From NCBI GenBank assembly GCA_944332635.1, contig CALVKI010000016.1, forward strand, positions 1 to 59,905: DNA of 59,905 nucleotides, written 5' to 3'. The notes under the pieces were generated by a model. The model was given only the letters and a program-made list of their open reading frames with translations. It was not told the origin of the DNA and did no database searches. This DNA is from an uncultured Bacilli bacterium (GTDB lineage Bacteria; Bacillota_I; Bacilli_A; RF39; UBA660). Shown one piece after another: positions 26,197-35,812 of this stretch. Each line of letters opens with the position of its first letter. The stretch's first letter is position 1. The translations under genes and the position numbers were made by a program.

Positions 26197-27012
26197 TTAC
26201 ACTATTCTAGTAATAGAAACAGCAGCTGAATATAGATCATTAGGTACTAAACTAATATCAAGTCCTGAAGTATTAATAAAACGGTAACTTGCTCCAGGCA
26301 TAGCCTCGAAAATGGCATTACCATTAATTGTTCCTGTATCACAAGATGTAAGTTTATTATGTGTAGATGAATGAGCAATTAAAACATCATTAGGCCAGAA
26401 TTGATGAAGCTCGATACCTAAAGCTCGAGGTTCACAACTGACATTCTTATCAGTGTGTCGAACATTAATCCACCAATGTATAATATAAATACCCTTTTCT
26501 GGAATAGAGAAGTCACCTGTTGCTGGATTGTAAGATATTTTATTAGAAATATTAGTAGTTTGAAATAAAACTGGTTGTTGGTTTGCAACAGTAGAATCTG
26601 TCTCATCGTGTACCATTGCATAACTATCTAAAGGAATAGCAGGGGTACCAGCAGGACCAGTGGGACCTATTGCTCCAGTAGCTCCAGTAGGGCCAGTTAC
26701 ACCTTGAGGACCGGTTGCACCAGTAGCTCCAGTAGGACCAGTTACACCCTGAGTTCCTGTTGCACCTGTAGGCCCAGTAGCTCCTCTAGGTCCAGTAGGA
26801 CCTTGAATTCCTGTATCACCCGTTCTACCTTGAGGTCCTGTTGCTCCAGTCGCACCTGTATCTCCACAGCATCCAGCAGGACCAGTGGGACCAGTTGGTC
26901 CAGTAGGACCTTGTCTGTTTTTACATAGGCAATCTATCACCCGGCAAAGACATTCATCATTACAACATTCATCAGTAGATAAAATATCATTTAATTCATT
27001 ATTATTTTCCAT
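26197..27012 (-). CDS. Collagen-like triple-helix repeat protein with a BclA-like C-terminal globular domain (exosporium-type glycoprotein)
   Basis: About 30 uninterrupted GXY triplets ([13 protein letters not shown]...[16 protein letters not shown]), then a 150-aa beta-rich C-terminal domain. ATG at 27012 is preceded by AGGAGGAAAT, so the track start at 27081 is unlikely. Confidence 0.85.
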   Translation of the reverse strand: MENNNELNDILSTDECCNDECLCRVIDCLCKNRQGPTGPTGPTGPAGCCGDTGATGATGPQGRTGDTGIQGPTGPRGATGPTGATGTQGVTGPTGATGATGPQGVTGPTGATGAIGPTGPAGTPAIPLDSYAMVHDETDSTVANQQPVLFQTTNISNKISYNPATGDFSIPEKGIYIIHWWINVRHTDKNVSCEPRALGIELHQFWPNDVLIAHSSTHNKLTSCDTGTINGNAIFEAMPGASYRFINTSGLDISLVPNDLYSAAVSITRIV

Positions 27013-27087
27013 ATTTCCTCCTTTCATAATATCATATGAAGTTAAAAAAAAAAGAAATGAGCTAATAACTAGATAAAACAAAAAATA

Positions 27088-27118
27088 TTGACTTAAAGTA
27101 GACTTTAAGAATTATAAT
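27088..27118 (+). promoter_or_regulatory. MerR-type promoter: TTGACT, 19-nt spacer, TATAAT, with a perfect inverted repeat in the spacer
   Basis: -35 TTGACT at 27088-27093 and -10 TATAAT at 27113-27118. CTTAAAGT-AG-ACTTTAAG at 27092-27109 is centred in the over-long spacer. Confidence 0.55.
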
Positions 27119-27140
27119 AAAAAGAGAAAGGAAGATGAAT

Positions 27141-27467
27141 ATGATAAAACAAACAGCTGGAAGAAACCAGTTAGGTGAATTTGCTCCAAAATTTGCCGAG
27201 TTAAATGATGATATATTATTTGGAGAAGTATGGTCAAGAGAAGATAAATTATCATTAAGAGACCGTTCTTTAATTACTGTAGTAGCATTAATGAGTAAGG
27301 GAATTTTAGATTCTAGCTTACAAACACATTTATTAAATGCCAAGAAAAACGGAATTTCTCAAGAAGAAATGTCTGAAATTATCACACATGCAGCTTTTTA
27401 TGCAGGATGGCCAAATGCTTGGGCAACATTTAGAATAGCTAAAAAGATATATGAAGAGAGTAAATAG
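27141..27467 (+). CDS. Carboxymuconolactone decarboxylase (CMD/AhpD-like) family protein
   Basis: LNDDILFGEVWSREDKLSLRDRSLITVVALMSKG...ITHAAFYAGWPNAW is typical of the CMD family. Confidence 0.8.
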   Translation: MIKQTAGRNQLGEFAPKFAELNDDILFGEVWSREDKLSLRDRSLITVVALMSKGILDSSLQTHLLNAKKNGISQEEMSEIITHAAFYAGWPNAWATFRIAKKIYEESK

Positions 27468-27625
27468 TATATGAAAAAAGTGCTAAAATATTATTATAAA
27501 AAAGTTTCAAAATAAGAATTTAGCAGTTATTTTTTATTCTTATTCCAATGGTGATATTTCAAAGTTTAAAAGTTTTTATAGATAAACTAGAAGAAAAATT
27601 ATATGAAAGTAAGTAGGTGAAATTT

Positions 27626-28114
27626 ATGTCAGATATCTTAGTAATATATTATAGTTACACAGGAAATAGTCGAAAGATAGCAAAATATGCCCAAGAAAAA
27701 TTAAATGCAGATATATTAGAACTACACCCCAAAACACCATTTTCAAGCGACTATGAAAAAGTTATAGAAGAATGGCAAAATAATAGTATTAAAAGAGACG
27801 TAGAAATAGAAAATATTGATAAAGACTTAACTAAATATAAAAAAATAGTATTAATTACCAGTACTTGGTGGTATGGAATTAACCCAGTTATGAAAAGATT
27901 CTTAAGAGAATATGATTTATCCAGAAAAGACATTATAGTAACAGCAACAAATGCTGGTTGGATAGGTCATTGTTTTAAAGATTACAAAGAATTATTACCG
28001 AATTCTAATATAAAAGGAGAGTTAGATATAGTATTTTCATTCGATAGAGAAGAGAATAATAAAATTTTAACACCTTGGCAGAAAATAGATAATTGCTTAG
28101 AAAAACTAAATTAA
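27626..28114 (+). CDS. Flavodoxin-like protein
   Basis: ILVIYYSYTGNSRKIAKYA is an FMN-binding N-terminal motif. ATG at 27626 follows GTAGGTGA. Confidence 0.7.
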   Translation: MSDILVIYYSYTGNSRKIAKYAQEKLNADILELHPKTPFSSDYEKVIEEWQNNSIKRDVEIENIDKDLTKYKKIVLITSTWWYGINPVMKRFLREYDLSRKDIIVTATNAGWIGHCFKDYKELLPNSNIKGELDIVFSFDREENNKILTPWQKIDNCLEKLN

Positions 28115-28125
28115 AGGAGAAAAAA

Positions 28126-28557
28126 ATGAAAGATAAAAATGATTTTGCTAAAGTAAATATATTTGGTCTAGGAGAACCTAATAATGACTATGCACAATAT
28201 TTTATAGGAAATAGTTATCTAAACCCATTAACAGATATTAAAAACTGTAATCTGTTTTTGGCAAATGTAACATTTGAACCAGGATGTAGAAACAATTGGC
28301 ATATTCACCATGCTAAAAATGGTGGTGGACAAATTTTAATTTGTACCGCAGGAGAAGGGTGGTATCAAGAAGAAGGAAAAGAACCAATTTCCTTGAAACC
28401 AGGAACAGTAATAACCATCCCAGCTAATATAAAACATTGGCACGGAGCAAAAAAAGATTCTTGGTTTAGCCACATAGCTATAGAAGTACCAGGAGAAGAG
28501 ACTAAAAATGAATGGTGTGAACCAGTAAGTAATGAAGAATATGATAAATTAAGTTAA
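28126..28557 (+). CDS. Cupin domain protein
   Basis: Cupin motifs NNWHIHHAKNGGGQIL and PANIKHWHGA. ATG at 28126 follows AAAGGAGA. Confidence 0.8.
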   Translation: MKDKNDFAKVNIFGLGEPNNDYAQYFIGNSYLNPLTDIKNCNLFLANVTFEPGCRNNWHIHHAKNGGGQILICTAGEGWYQEEGKEPISLKPGTVITIPANIKHWHGAKKDSWFSHIAIEVPGEETKNEWCEPVSNEEYDKLS

Positions 28558-28584
28558 CACACATCATATTATTATAAAAAATAC

Positions 28585-28633
28585 AAAAGGTAGAATAATA
28601 GAATAAACACAACAATCTATTTTCTACCTTTTT
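28585..28633 (+). terminator. Terminator closing the CMD-flavodoxin-cupin operon
   Basis: 11-nt arms AAAAGGTAGAA / TTCTACCTTTT with a large loop, then a T-run. Confidence 0.5.
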
Positions 28634-28723
28634 ATTCAAGAGAATATAACTAGTGATATTTTTTAAGATTTTTATTTCATCTTTTGGTATACTATTATTG
28701 TAATAAAGAAAATAGGTGGTAGT

Positions 28724-29452
28724 ATGAAAATAAATATTATTGGTAGTGGTTCTATAGGTGCTGATGCTATGAGTGCATCTTGCTTAATAGATGAACATAT
28801 TTTAGTTGATGTACCGAATGGCATCATCAAGCATTTAAAAAACTTAAATTATGATATCTTAAAAATAGATACTATTATAATTACGCATTTACATGGTGAT
28901 CACTTTTTTGATTTACCATTCTTAATGTTAGGCAAATATTTTAATCACGATAAGACACTAGTTAAGATTATCTGTCCTTATGGCACTATAAAAAAATTAA
29001 AAGCTTTATTCCGAATAGGCTTTCCCTATGATTTTCGTAAAGTGATGAATTGTATTAATATAGAATTTATTGAACATAAAGGTAGAAATAATATTCATTT
29101 AGGAGAATATTTAATTGAATCAAAAAATGTGAAACATGGGAAAATAAAACCATCCTTTGGGTATATTATACATAAGGATGGTAAGAAAATAGGAATTTCT
29201 GGAGATTCATGCTACTGTTCAGCCATTGAAAAAATAGTAGAGCAATCTGATATTTCTATATTGGATATGAGCCTAAAGGATGAAGGAAATAAATCTCATA
29301 TGGGGTATTTAAATATTAAAGACATTTGTAATAAATATCAAAATAAAAAAATTATTGCAACTCATATGCATAATAGTGCTAGAAAAGTAGCTATAAATAA
29401 CCCTATTAAAAACTTAATCATTCCAAATGATAATGAAGAGATTATATTATAG
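28724..29452 (+). CDS. MBL-fold metallo-hydrolase (RNase Z-like)
   Basis: Motif IITHLHGDHFFDLP plus a later GDSCY and a C-terminal THMH. Confidence 0.8.
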   Translation: MKINIIGSGSIGADAMSASCLIDEHILVDVPNGIIKHLKNLNYDILKIDTIIITHLHGDHFFDLPFLMLGKYFNHDKTLVKIICPYGTIKKLKALFRIGFPYDFRKVMNCINIEFIEHKGRNNIHLGEYLIESKNVKHGKIKPSFGYIIHKDGKKIGISGDSCYCSAIEKIVEQSDISILDMSLKDEGNKSHMGYLNIKDICNKYQNKKIIATHMHNSARKVAINNPIKNLIIPNDNEEIIL

Positions 29453-29461
29453 GAGAAGAAA

Positions 29462-29833
29462 ATGTATAATATAGATAGTATTATTTTTGATTTGGATGGC
29501 ACTTTATGGAATGCTTTAGATAGTACTATAGAAACCCTAAAAGAAATAAAAAAAAGACACAAAGAAATAACTAAAGATGACATAATGAGTTGTATGGGAC
29601 TAACGTTTGAAAAAACTGCTAAAAAGTACTATAGCTATTTAAGTAAAAGTGAAAGAGAAAAATATACAAAAGAAGCAATTGAAGAAAATTCTCTATATTT
29701 AAAAAAACATGAAGCCAAATTATATAAGGGATTACAAAAAGTAATAAAAATATTATCACAAAACTATTCTTTATATATTGTTAGTAATTGTATAGAAAGC
29801 AATTTAGATGCATTTTTACAAGATCAAATATGA
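29462..29833 (+). pseudogene. Truncated HAD-superfamily hydrolase (N-terminal half only)
   Basis: Motif I IIFDLDGTLWNA and motif II IVSNC are present. The ORF stops at 123 aa, before motifs III and IV, and is followed by about 225 nt of non-coding sequence. Confidence 0.5.
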
Positions 29834-30058
29834 ACTTAAAATTACAATACTTTAGAAAAAAGAAAAAGTTCATCAAGAATTAACCCTTCTTTATGCGTGT
29901 ATAAATTTGAAACAAATCTTATTATACTATTATACACAGTACAAAACTATATTATAGATAGTTAGTTGTCCAATATTTTATTATAAAATATAAAAAAAGA
30001 CAAATGATTTGTATTAATATGCCCACTTATCAACAGCCTGAAGATAATCAATTATCTT

Positions 30059-30763
30059 TTATTTTTTATAAGGCAAGTTATTACATAGATAATTATCTGC
30101 ATAAGGCAAAAAAAGCTGAAGTTCTTTACTATCATATATAGTCCACACAAAAAGGATTTTTTTTACTCTCCATCTTTGTATTCTTTTCTTTTTAATTATT
30201 TTTTTATTTACGGCAATAAAATCAGGATTACAATAACGAATAAAAAAAGAAGAACTAATAAGATAACTATAAAGTTTAGAAGCAGGGTAATCAGTAAGTA
30301 ATAAACCAACCAAAAAATTACTTTTCTTTTTTAAGTATCGAACGATATTAGGGTGAAATGATTTTAAAAGAACTTCTCCAGGATACTTTTTTAATTGTTT
30401 TAAAACCATATTACATAAGTTTTTATAATTATTAGTTTGTTTCAATTCAATATCGATAAGTACTTGTCCTTTTATTAGACTTAAGACTTCATCTAAAGTT
30501 GGAATATATTCACTAGTATTTAAAAGAAAAAAGTCTTTTAACTCTTTATAAGTGTAATCTTCAACATATCCATTAATATTACACATTCTTTTTAAACTAA
30601 TATCATGAAATACAACAACTATATTATCCTTAGTGACTTGAACATCAAACTCGATTGGTATCCCTAAAGATCTTGCTTTCCTAAATGCTGAAAGTGAGTT
30701 TTCTGGTATTTCTTTATTATCAAAAATTCCACGATGAGCTATTTTTAATCCTTTTACTTCCAT
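30059..30763 (-). CDS. Glycerophosphodiester phosphodiesterase
   Basis: IAHRGIFDNKEIPENSLSAFRKA, EFDVQVTKDNIVVVFHD and a later IELK match GDPD family motifs. Confidence 0.85.
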   Translation of the reverse strand: MEVKGLKIAHRGIFDNKEIPENSLSAFRKARSLGIPIEFDVQVTKDNIVVVFHDISLKRMCNINGYVEDYTYKELKDFFLLNTSEYIPTLDEVLSLIKGQVLIDIELKQTNNYKNLCNMVLKQLKKYPGEVLLKSFHPNIVRYLKKKSNFLVGLLLTDYPASKLYSYLISSSFFIRYCNPDFIAVNKKIIKKKRIQRWRVKKILFVWTIYDSKELQLFLPYADNYLCNNLPYKK

Positions 30764-30911
30764 AAAACACCTCTAATATAAGTATAATAAAGTAAATAAA
30801 AATATTACTAATAAAAAGAAAATATTAATAAGCAATAAAAACTAAAGAAGATGTTTTTCATCTCTTTCTTATATTTTATGATAAAATAAATGTATCAGGT
30901 GAGGCGATAAT

Positions 30912-31577
30912 ATGCAAAAAATAAAAATAATCGAAGATGATTTATCTATTGCTAGTGAATTAAAAGAAATGTTAGAAAACGCAGGCTACATCGTAGGTAT
31001 AACAGAAGATTTTTCAAATATTTTAGATCAACTAAAAAAAGAAAAGCCAAACTTAATCCTGCTAGATATTAATCTACCAAAAACAAATGGAGAAATATTA
31101 CTACAACAAATCAGAAAAGAAATGAATATACCAATTATTATGGTAACCAGTAAAAATAGCGAAGCAGATGAAGTATTATCTATGTCTTATGGTGCAGACG
31201 ATTATATCACAAAACCATATAATCCTACTATTTTACTTTTAAGAATAGGTGCAGTTTTAAATCGAAGTAATAAAACAAATGAAAAAAAATTTTATAGAGA
31301 TTTAGAAGTAATACCACAAAAAGGTGTTTTAAAAAAAGAACAAGACGAAATAATTCTAACTAAAAACGAAATGATTATATTTTTATACTTACTTTATAAT
31401 CAACATAAGATTGTAACGAGAGATGAATTAATGACTGATTTATGGAACAATAATGAATATATTAATGATAATGCCTTAACTGTAAATATTTCGAGACTAA
31501 GAGCCAAATTAAAAGAAATAGGATACCAAGATGCAATAGAAACAAGAAAAGGGCAGGGGTATATTTTACATGAATGA
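30912..31577 (+). CDS. OmpR-family response regulator (BceR-like)
   Basis: Receiver domain (LILLDINLP, KPY) and a winged-helix output domain (LTKNEMIIFLYL...VNISRLRAKL...RKGQGYIL). Confidence 0.9.
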   Translation: MQKIKIIEDDLSIASELKEMLENAGYIVGITEDFSNILDQLKKEKPNLILLDINLPKTNGEILLQQIRKEMNIPIIMVTSKNSEADEVLSMSYGADDYITKPYNPTILLLRIGAVLNRSNKTNEKKFYRDLEVIPQKGVLKKEQDEIILTKNEMIIFLYLLYNQHKIVTRDELMTDLWNNNEYINDNALTVNISRLRAKLKEIGYQDAIETRKGQGYILHE

Positions 31578-32598
31578 AAAAGAATATATAAAAGATAAAA
31601 GTTGGTTACTAGTAATAGAAATAATTATATATATAATAATATTATTAATACTGTTAGCTTTTAAGGTAAATAAAGAAGCTACTATAGCAATTTCCCTAGT
31701 CTATATGATAGGAATAATAATAGAGTTACTAATTGATTACTATATAAAAAAAGCATTTTATAATAGCTTTAAAGAAAAGCTAGAAAAACTAGATCAAAAA
31801 TACTTAATTACTGAATTGCTAGATGAACCATCTTTTCTAGAAGGAAAAATATTAACTAATTCTTTATATGAAATTGATAAATCAATGATTGAAAGAATTA
31901 ATAAATATAAGTCCAGAACCCAAGACTTTAAAGAATATGTAGAGCTATGGATTCATGAAGTAAAACTTCCTGTATCATCACTTATATTAATGTTACACAA
32001 TAGAAATCCAGAACAAAATAAAAAACTTTTAGAGCAATTAACTAGGTTAGATAATTATTTAGAGCAAATTCTATATTATGTACGTAGTGAAAATGCAGAA
32101 AATGATTATTTAATCAAAGAAGTATCCTTATCAAAAGTTATTAGTAATGTAGCATTAAAAAATAAAGACCTTTTATTAGAAAAGAAAATAGATTTAATCG
32201 TAAGCGATATAAGTGTATCAGTATTAACCGATTCAAAATGGCTGGAATTTATGATTAATCAAGTGATAGATAATAGTATTAAATACTGTAAAAAACAAAG
32301 ACCATATATTAAAATTGTTTCAAAGGAAGAAAATGACAAAATAAGCCTTATCATTTACGACAATGGCTTAGGTATTTCCACAAGTGACTTGCCTCGTATA
32401 TTTGAAAAAACATTTACTGGTAATAATGGTAGGAAATCAAGTATTAAATCAACAGGAATGGGCTTATATTTATGTAAAAAACTATGTAATAAATTGGGGC
32501 ATAAGATACAGGTTATATCAGAAGAAGGAAAATATACAAAAGTTATAATTACAATTTATAAAAATAATTTTTATAAATTTGATGACAAGGAAGATTAG
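31570..32598 (+). CDS. Intramembrane-sensing histidine kinase (BceS-like)
   Basis: Two N-terminal TM helices joined by a very short loop (KVNKEA), H-box WIHEVKLPVSS, and an ATPase domain (DNGLGIS, GMGLYLCKKL). It overlaps the response regulator stop by 8 nt. Confidence 0.85.
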   Translation: MNEKEYIKDKSWLLVIEIIIYIIILLILLAFKVNKEATIAISLVYMIGIIIELLIDYYIKKAFYNSFKEKLEKLDQKYLITELLDEPSFLEGKILTNSLYEIDKSMIERINKYKSRTQDFKEYVELWIHEVKLPVSSLILMLHNRNPEQNKKLLEQLTRLDNYLEQILYYVRSENAENDYLIKEVSLSKVISNVALKNKDLLLEKKIDLIVSDISVSVLTDSKWLEFMINQVIDNSIKYCKKQRPYIKIVSKEENDKISLIIYDNGLGISTSDLPRIFEKTFTGNNGRKSSIKSTGMGLYLCKKLCNKLGHKIQVISEEGKYTKVIITIYKNNFYKFDDKED

Positions 32599-33330
32599 AT
32601 GAAAACATTAGATTTACGTTATTATTTATTTCATGCAATTGGATCAATATACCAAGCAGATGACAGCAAAACAGCTGACTATAATCGCCTAAAATGCTTT
32701 TTAGAAACAGGCTATATATTTCCAGGAAAAGACGTTAAGAGTCAAATTCCTATAGAGTATCAAAATAAATTTTATGTCAATGACAGAGGGAGCCCATATG
32801 TCCATTTAGCATTAACAGATAATACTATAGTATCACAATCTATTACCAGTAGATCTAGTGAATTTTCTGCTTTCAGTGAGGAAATAGCTGATAAAATGGC
32901 TTTTATGTTTGATGAGAATGTATTAAAAGGGCAAGAACTTGCATTTAAATCATGTATGCTTAATAATGAAGTGCTTCTCTCCACAAAAGTTTCTCTAACT
33001 TTAGCTAGAGCAATTTATTATCCAAAGGATTTTCCTTTTGAATATATAAAAAGATACCTAACTAATTTACGAGAAACGGATCCCATCATTAAAGAAATTT
33101 GCAAAAAAGAAAACGAAAAATTAACACAAGAATTACTTTTACTACTAAATCAACCTGAATTAGTCATAACTGAACAATACCAAGAAGTAGAAAGGATAAC
33201 AAAAATACTTTTAGAGCATAAATTTGACATCCCCATTGTTAATGCAAAAGGGCGTATTCTAGATAAACAAGAAGAACTTAATTATATTACAAACAATTAT
33301 CAAAAAATCAAATCACTCATAAAAAAATAA
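32599..33330 (+). CDS. Hypothetical cytoplasmic protein translationally coupled to the kinase
   Basis: Its ATG at 32599 directly abuts the kinase TAG (32596-32598). 243 aa, with no TM segment and no motif I recognise. Confidence 0.6.
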   Translation: MKTLDLRYYLFHAIGSIYQADDSKTADYNRLKCFLETGYIFPGKDVKSQIPIEYQNKFYVNDRGSPYVHLALTDNTIVSQSITSRSSEFSAFSEEIADKMAFMFDENVLKGQELAFKSCMLNNEVLLSTKVSLTLARAIYYPKDFPFEYIKRYLTNLRETDPIIKEICKKENEKLTQELLLLLNQPELVITEQYQEVERITKILLEHKFDIPIVNAKGRILDKQEELNYITNNYQKIKSLIKK

Positions 33331-33425
33331 ATCTTAGTTATAATATAACTATAAAATGAAATACAAAATTTATAATTGGTTTTGAACAAATAAATGCTAT
33401 GCTAAATAAGATATTTGCTAATAAT

Positions 33426-33470
33426 AAAAAAGGATTGTAACTTGCAAATTATAGATTACAATCCTTTTTT
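33426..33470. terminator. Bidirectional terminator
   Basis: 15-nt arms AAAAAAGGATTGTAA / TTACAATCCTTTTTT between convergent genes. Confidence 0.75.
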
Positions 33471-33478
33471 ATTTGATT

Positions 33479-34138
33479 TTATATAGTAACCCGACCGTTT
33501 ATCAGCTGATAACACACATCAACATGTTTTTTTACTTCTCTAGAATGAGAAATAATAATAACACATTTATTCTCCTTATGAGCAACATTTAAAAAAAGTT
33601 TAATAATTTCTTCTTCAGTTTCTGGGTCTAAGTTACCAGTTGGTTCATCAGCTAATATAATATCTGCATCATAAGACAATGCTCTGGCAATAGCAACTCT
33701 TTGTTGTTCTCCACCAGATAGTTTCAAGATTTTATGGTTAAATAATTCTTCCCTAATACCAACTTTTCGTAACAATCCTTTAGCCTTTTTTATTTTGTCT
33801 TTATTTTTAGGATTATTTAATTCAATAGATAAACAGACATTTTCCACGGCAGTTAATTGTGGTAATAAATTATAAGATTGAAAAACAATTCCAATATCAT
33901 GTGAACGATAACGATCTAGATTTAGACTAGATAAATCAATATCTTTATAAAATATTTGATTTTCATTTATTGTTTCTAATCCAGCTAGTAAAGAAAGTAG
34001 AGTACTTTTTCCAGCTCCACTTCGTCCAAAAATACCATACACCTTACCAGAAAAAAATTCTAAATTAATATCTTTCAATACAGTATGCATATTATCATAA
34101 GAAAAACTTAAGTTTTTAGTTTGTATAATAGCGCCCAT
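33479..34138 (-). CDS. ABC transporter ATP-binding protein (MacB/FtsX-partner type)
   Basis: Walker A GRSGAGKST, Q-loop, signature LSGGEQQRVAIARAL, Walker B IILADEPTGNLD. Confidence 0.9.
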   Translation of the reverse strand: MGAIIQTKNLSFSYDNMHTVLKDINLEFFSGKVYGIFGRSGAGKSTLLSLLAGLETINENQIFYKDIDLSSLNLDRYRSHDIGIVFQSYNLLPQLTAVENVCLSIELNNPKNKDKIKKAKGLLRKVGIREELFNHKILKLSGGEQQRVAIARALSYDADIILADEPTGNLDPETEEEIIKLFLNVAHKENKCVIIISHSREVKKHVDVCYQLINGRVTI

Positions 34139-34148
34139 TTTTCACCTC

Positions 34149-35675
34149 CTAGTTTCTATTTTGTAAAATGGCATTAGGATTATATTTATTAACAAATAAA
34201 CAAGCAACAATACTACTGCCAACAATAAGCAAAAGACTAATATCCAATAATTCTATTATAGTTATTACACTAATATGAACAGTAAGAGAATCCACATAAT
34301 TAGTAACTTGCTGTGTTGGTTTTTTCATATTGTTAGGAATGTCACCATCAGGTCTATTTCCAGGTGTATCATTTTCATTGCCAGATATATCCTGAGATGG
34401 TCGACTGAAACCATTGCCACCAAAGTTAGTCTGTGTATTAGAAACAGATTCTGTATAAGATGCAACTTCATTTTCTAACACTTTATTAGTAACTGGCTGT
34501 GCAAGTAATGTACCACTAGTAGTTCCTATCATTAAAGAAATGAAAGCAACAAAGAAAATCTCTAAAATTAACTGAGTGGATACCATAAGTTTACTCATAC
34601 CTATAGCTCTTAAAACACCAATTTCATATTTTCTATCTCGAATATTTAAAAAATTAATTATAGTTAATACTACAACTCCAATAATTAAAATAACAATTAA
34701 AAACTGAATAGAAAAACTAACAATATTTTGGATAGGTTGTAGTTGTTGACTAATTTCATCTTCATTAGTAGTAACACTATAATAAGTAGATAAACCTTTA
34801 TCTTGAACTTCTTTTTCGAATTGTTCTAAATCATCATTATTATATAGATAAAAAACTGCATTTAAACCATTAGTAGCCACTAATTTACTATTATCATCTC
34901 CTTGATCATTCAATATTTGTTCAACTGTAGTAATATTAGCATAAATTTGATTAGAAGAGTTCAAAGCATTCATTTCCATAAAGTTGGAAGTATTATCAGA
35001 ATTAACATCCTCGAAAATACCTACAACTGTAAAGGTATAAGAAGTATCTTCATCTTCAGGAAGATAAAAGGAAACTTCATCTCCAACTTTAATATCATTA
35101 TCTTCTGCCAAACTTTCAGAAATTACTATTTCATTATCATCACTATCACCAGAGACCATAGTTCCGTCAACTATTTTTTTATTGCCATCAGTAAAATCGT
35201 TTAAATAGGCAAAGTTAGAATAAGCAGTAATACGAAAATCTCCAATATTTCCCATACCTTTTCCATGACCGTTATTTTCATCTACAATATCTTCAGGTGG
35301 ATTTTCATTCTCTTTAGCAGGGCGAACATTATCGTTAACTGCATCAACTTCCTCTGACGAAAGGCTAGCTTCTATAGTGTAATAGTAATCTTTAACCAAA
35401 TCACTGTTACCATAATTTTTTACATCTTCTACTGTAAGAGATGAAAATTCATTCTTTTCATCATCACTTGCACTTCGTAGTTCATTCATGTCTAAAGAAA
35501 AAGTAATAGAAAGAGGATTTGTTTCTTTATATGTTTGAACTAAATTACTCCCAGCTTGATGAATAGCTAAAGCAATACATGTGCATAACGTTATAATTGT
35601 AATAATAATACCAATTAAAAGATTTCTACCTTTATTGCGTATCATATTACGAAACGCATTTTTTACAATAATCAT
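34149..35675 (-). CDS. FtsX-like ABC transporter permease with a large extracytoplasmic domain
   Basis: N-terminal TM helix, an acidic extracellular domain of about 290 aa, a C-terminal FtsX-type TM bundle (NIRDRKYEIGVLRAIGMSK), and a G/N/P-rich loop before the last TM helix. Confidence 0.8.
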   Translation of the reverse strand: MIIVKNAFRNMIRNKGRNLLIGIIITIITLCTCIALAIHQAGSNLVQTYKETNPLSITFSLDMNELRSASDDEKNEFSSLTVEDVKNYGNSDLVKDYYYTIEASLSSEEVDAVNDNVRPAKENENPPEDIVDENNGHGKGMGNIGDFRITAYSNFAYLNDFTDGNKKIVDGTMVSGDSDDNEIVISESLAEDNDIKVGDEVSFYLPEDEDTSYTFTVVGIFEDVNSDNTSNFMEMNALNSSNQIYANITTVEQILNDQGDDNSKLVATNGLNAVFYLYNNDDLEQFEKEVQDKGLSTYYSVTTNEDEISQQLQPIQNIVSFSIQFLIVILIIGVVVLTIINFLNIRDRKYEIGVLRAIGMSKLMVSTQLILEIFFVAFISLMIGTTSGTLLAQPVTNKVLENEVASYTESVSNTQTNFGGNGFSRPSQDISGNENDTPGNRPDGDIPNNMKKPTQQVTNYVDSLTVHISVITIIELLDISLLLIVGSSIVACLFVNKYNPNAILQNRN

Positions 35676-35798
35676 AATATCTCCTTTCCGAAAAAAGTAT
35701 ATGTTTTAATTGTGAAATAAAAGTGAATGGAATGTGGAAGATAAGTGAAACTTAGTATATAATAAAAAAGAAAAGATTAACTTTCTTCCTCCAATACA

Positions 35799-35812
35799 TT
35801 ACAAAACTGTAA
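35799..35812. promoter_or_regulatory. Candidate BceR-type response-regulator box TTACA-N4-TGTAA
   Basis: Perfect inverted repeat TTACAAAACTGTAA in the divergent intergenic region, 43 nt upstream of a TATAAT at 35856-35861 that precedes the BceA-like gene. Confidence 0.55.

Noticed and set aside
26704-27076. Plus-strand ORFs (26704..26928, 26885..27076) rich in Ser/Arg/Thr/Cys, lying opposite the collagen-like gene.
   Set aside because: They are antisense artefacts of the GXY triplet repeat, which keeps the complementary frames open. The minus-strand collagen frame has the RBS and a coherent domain structure.
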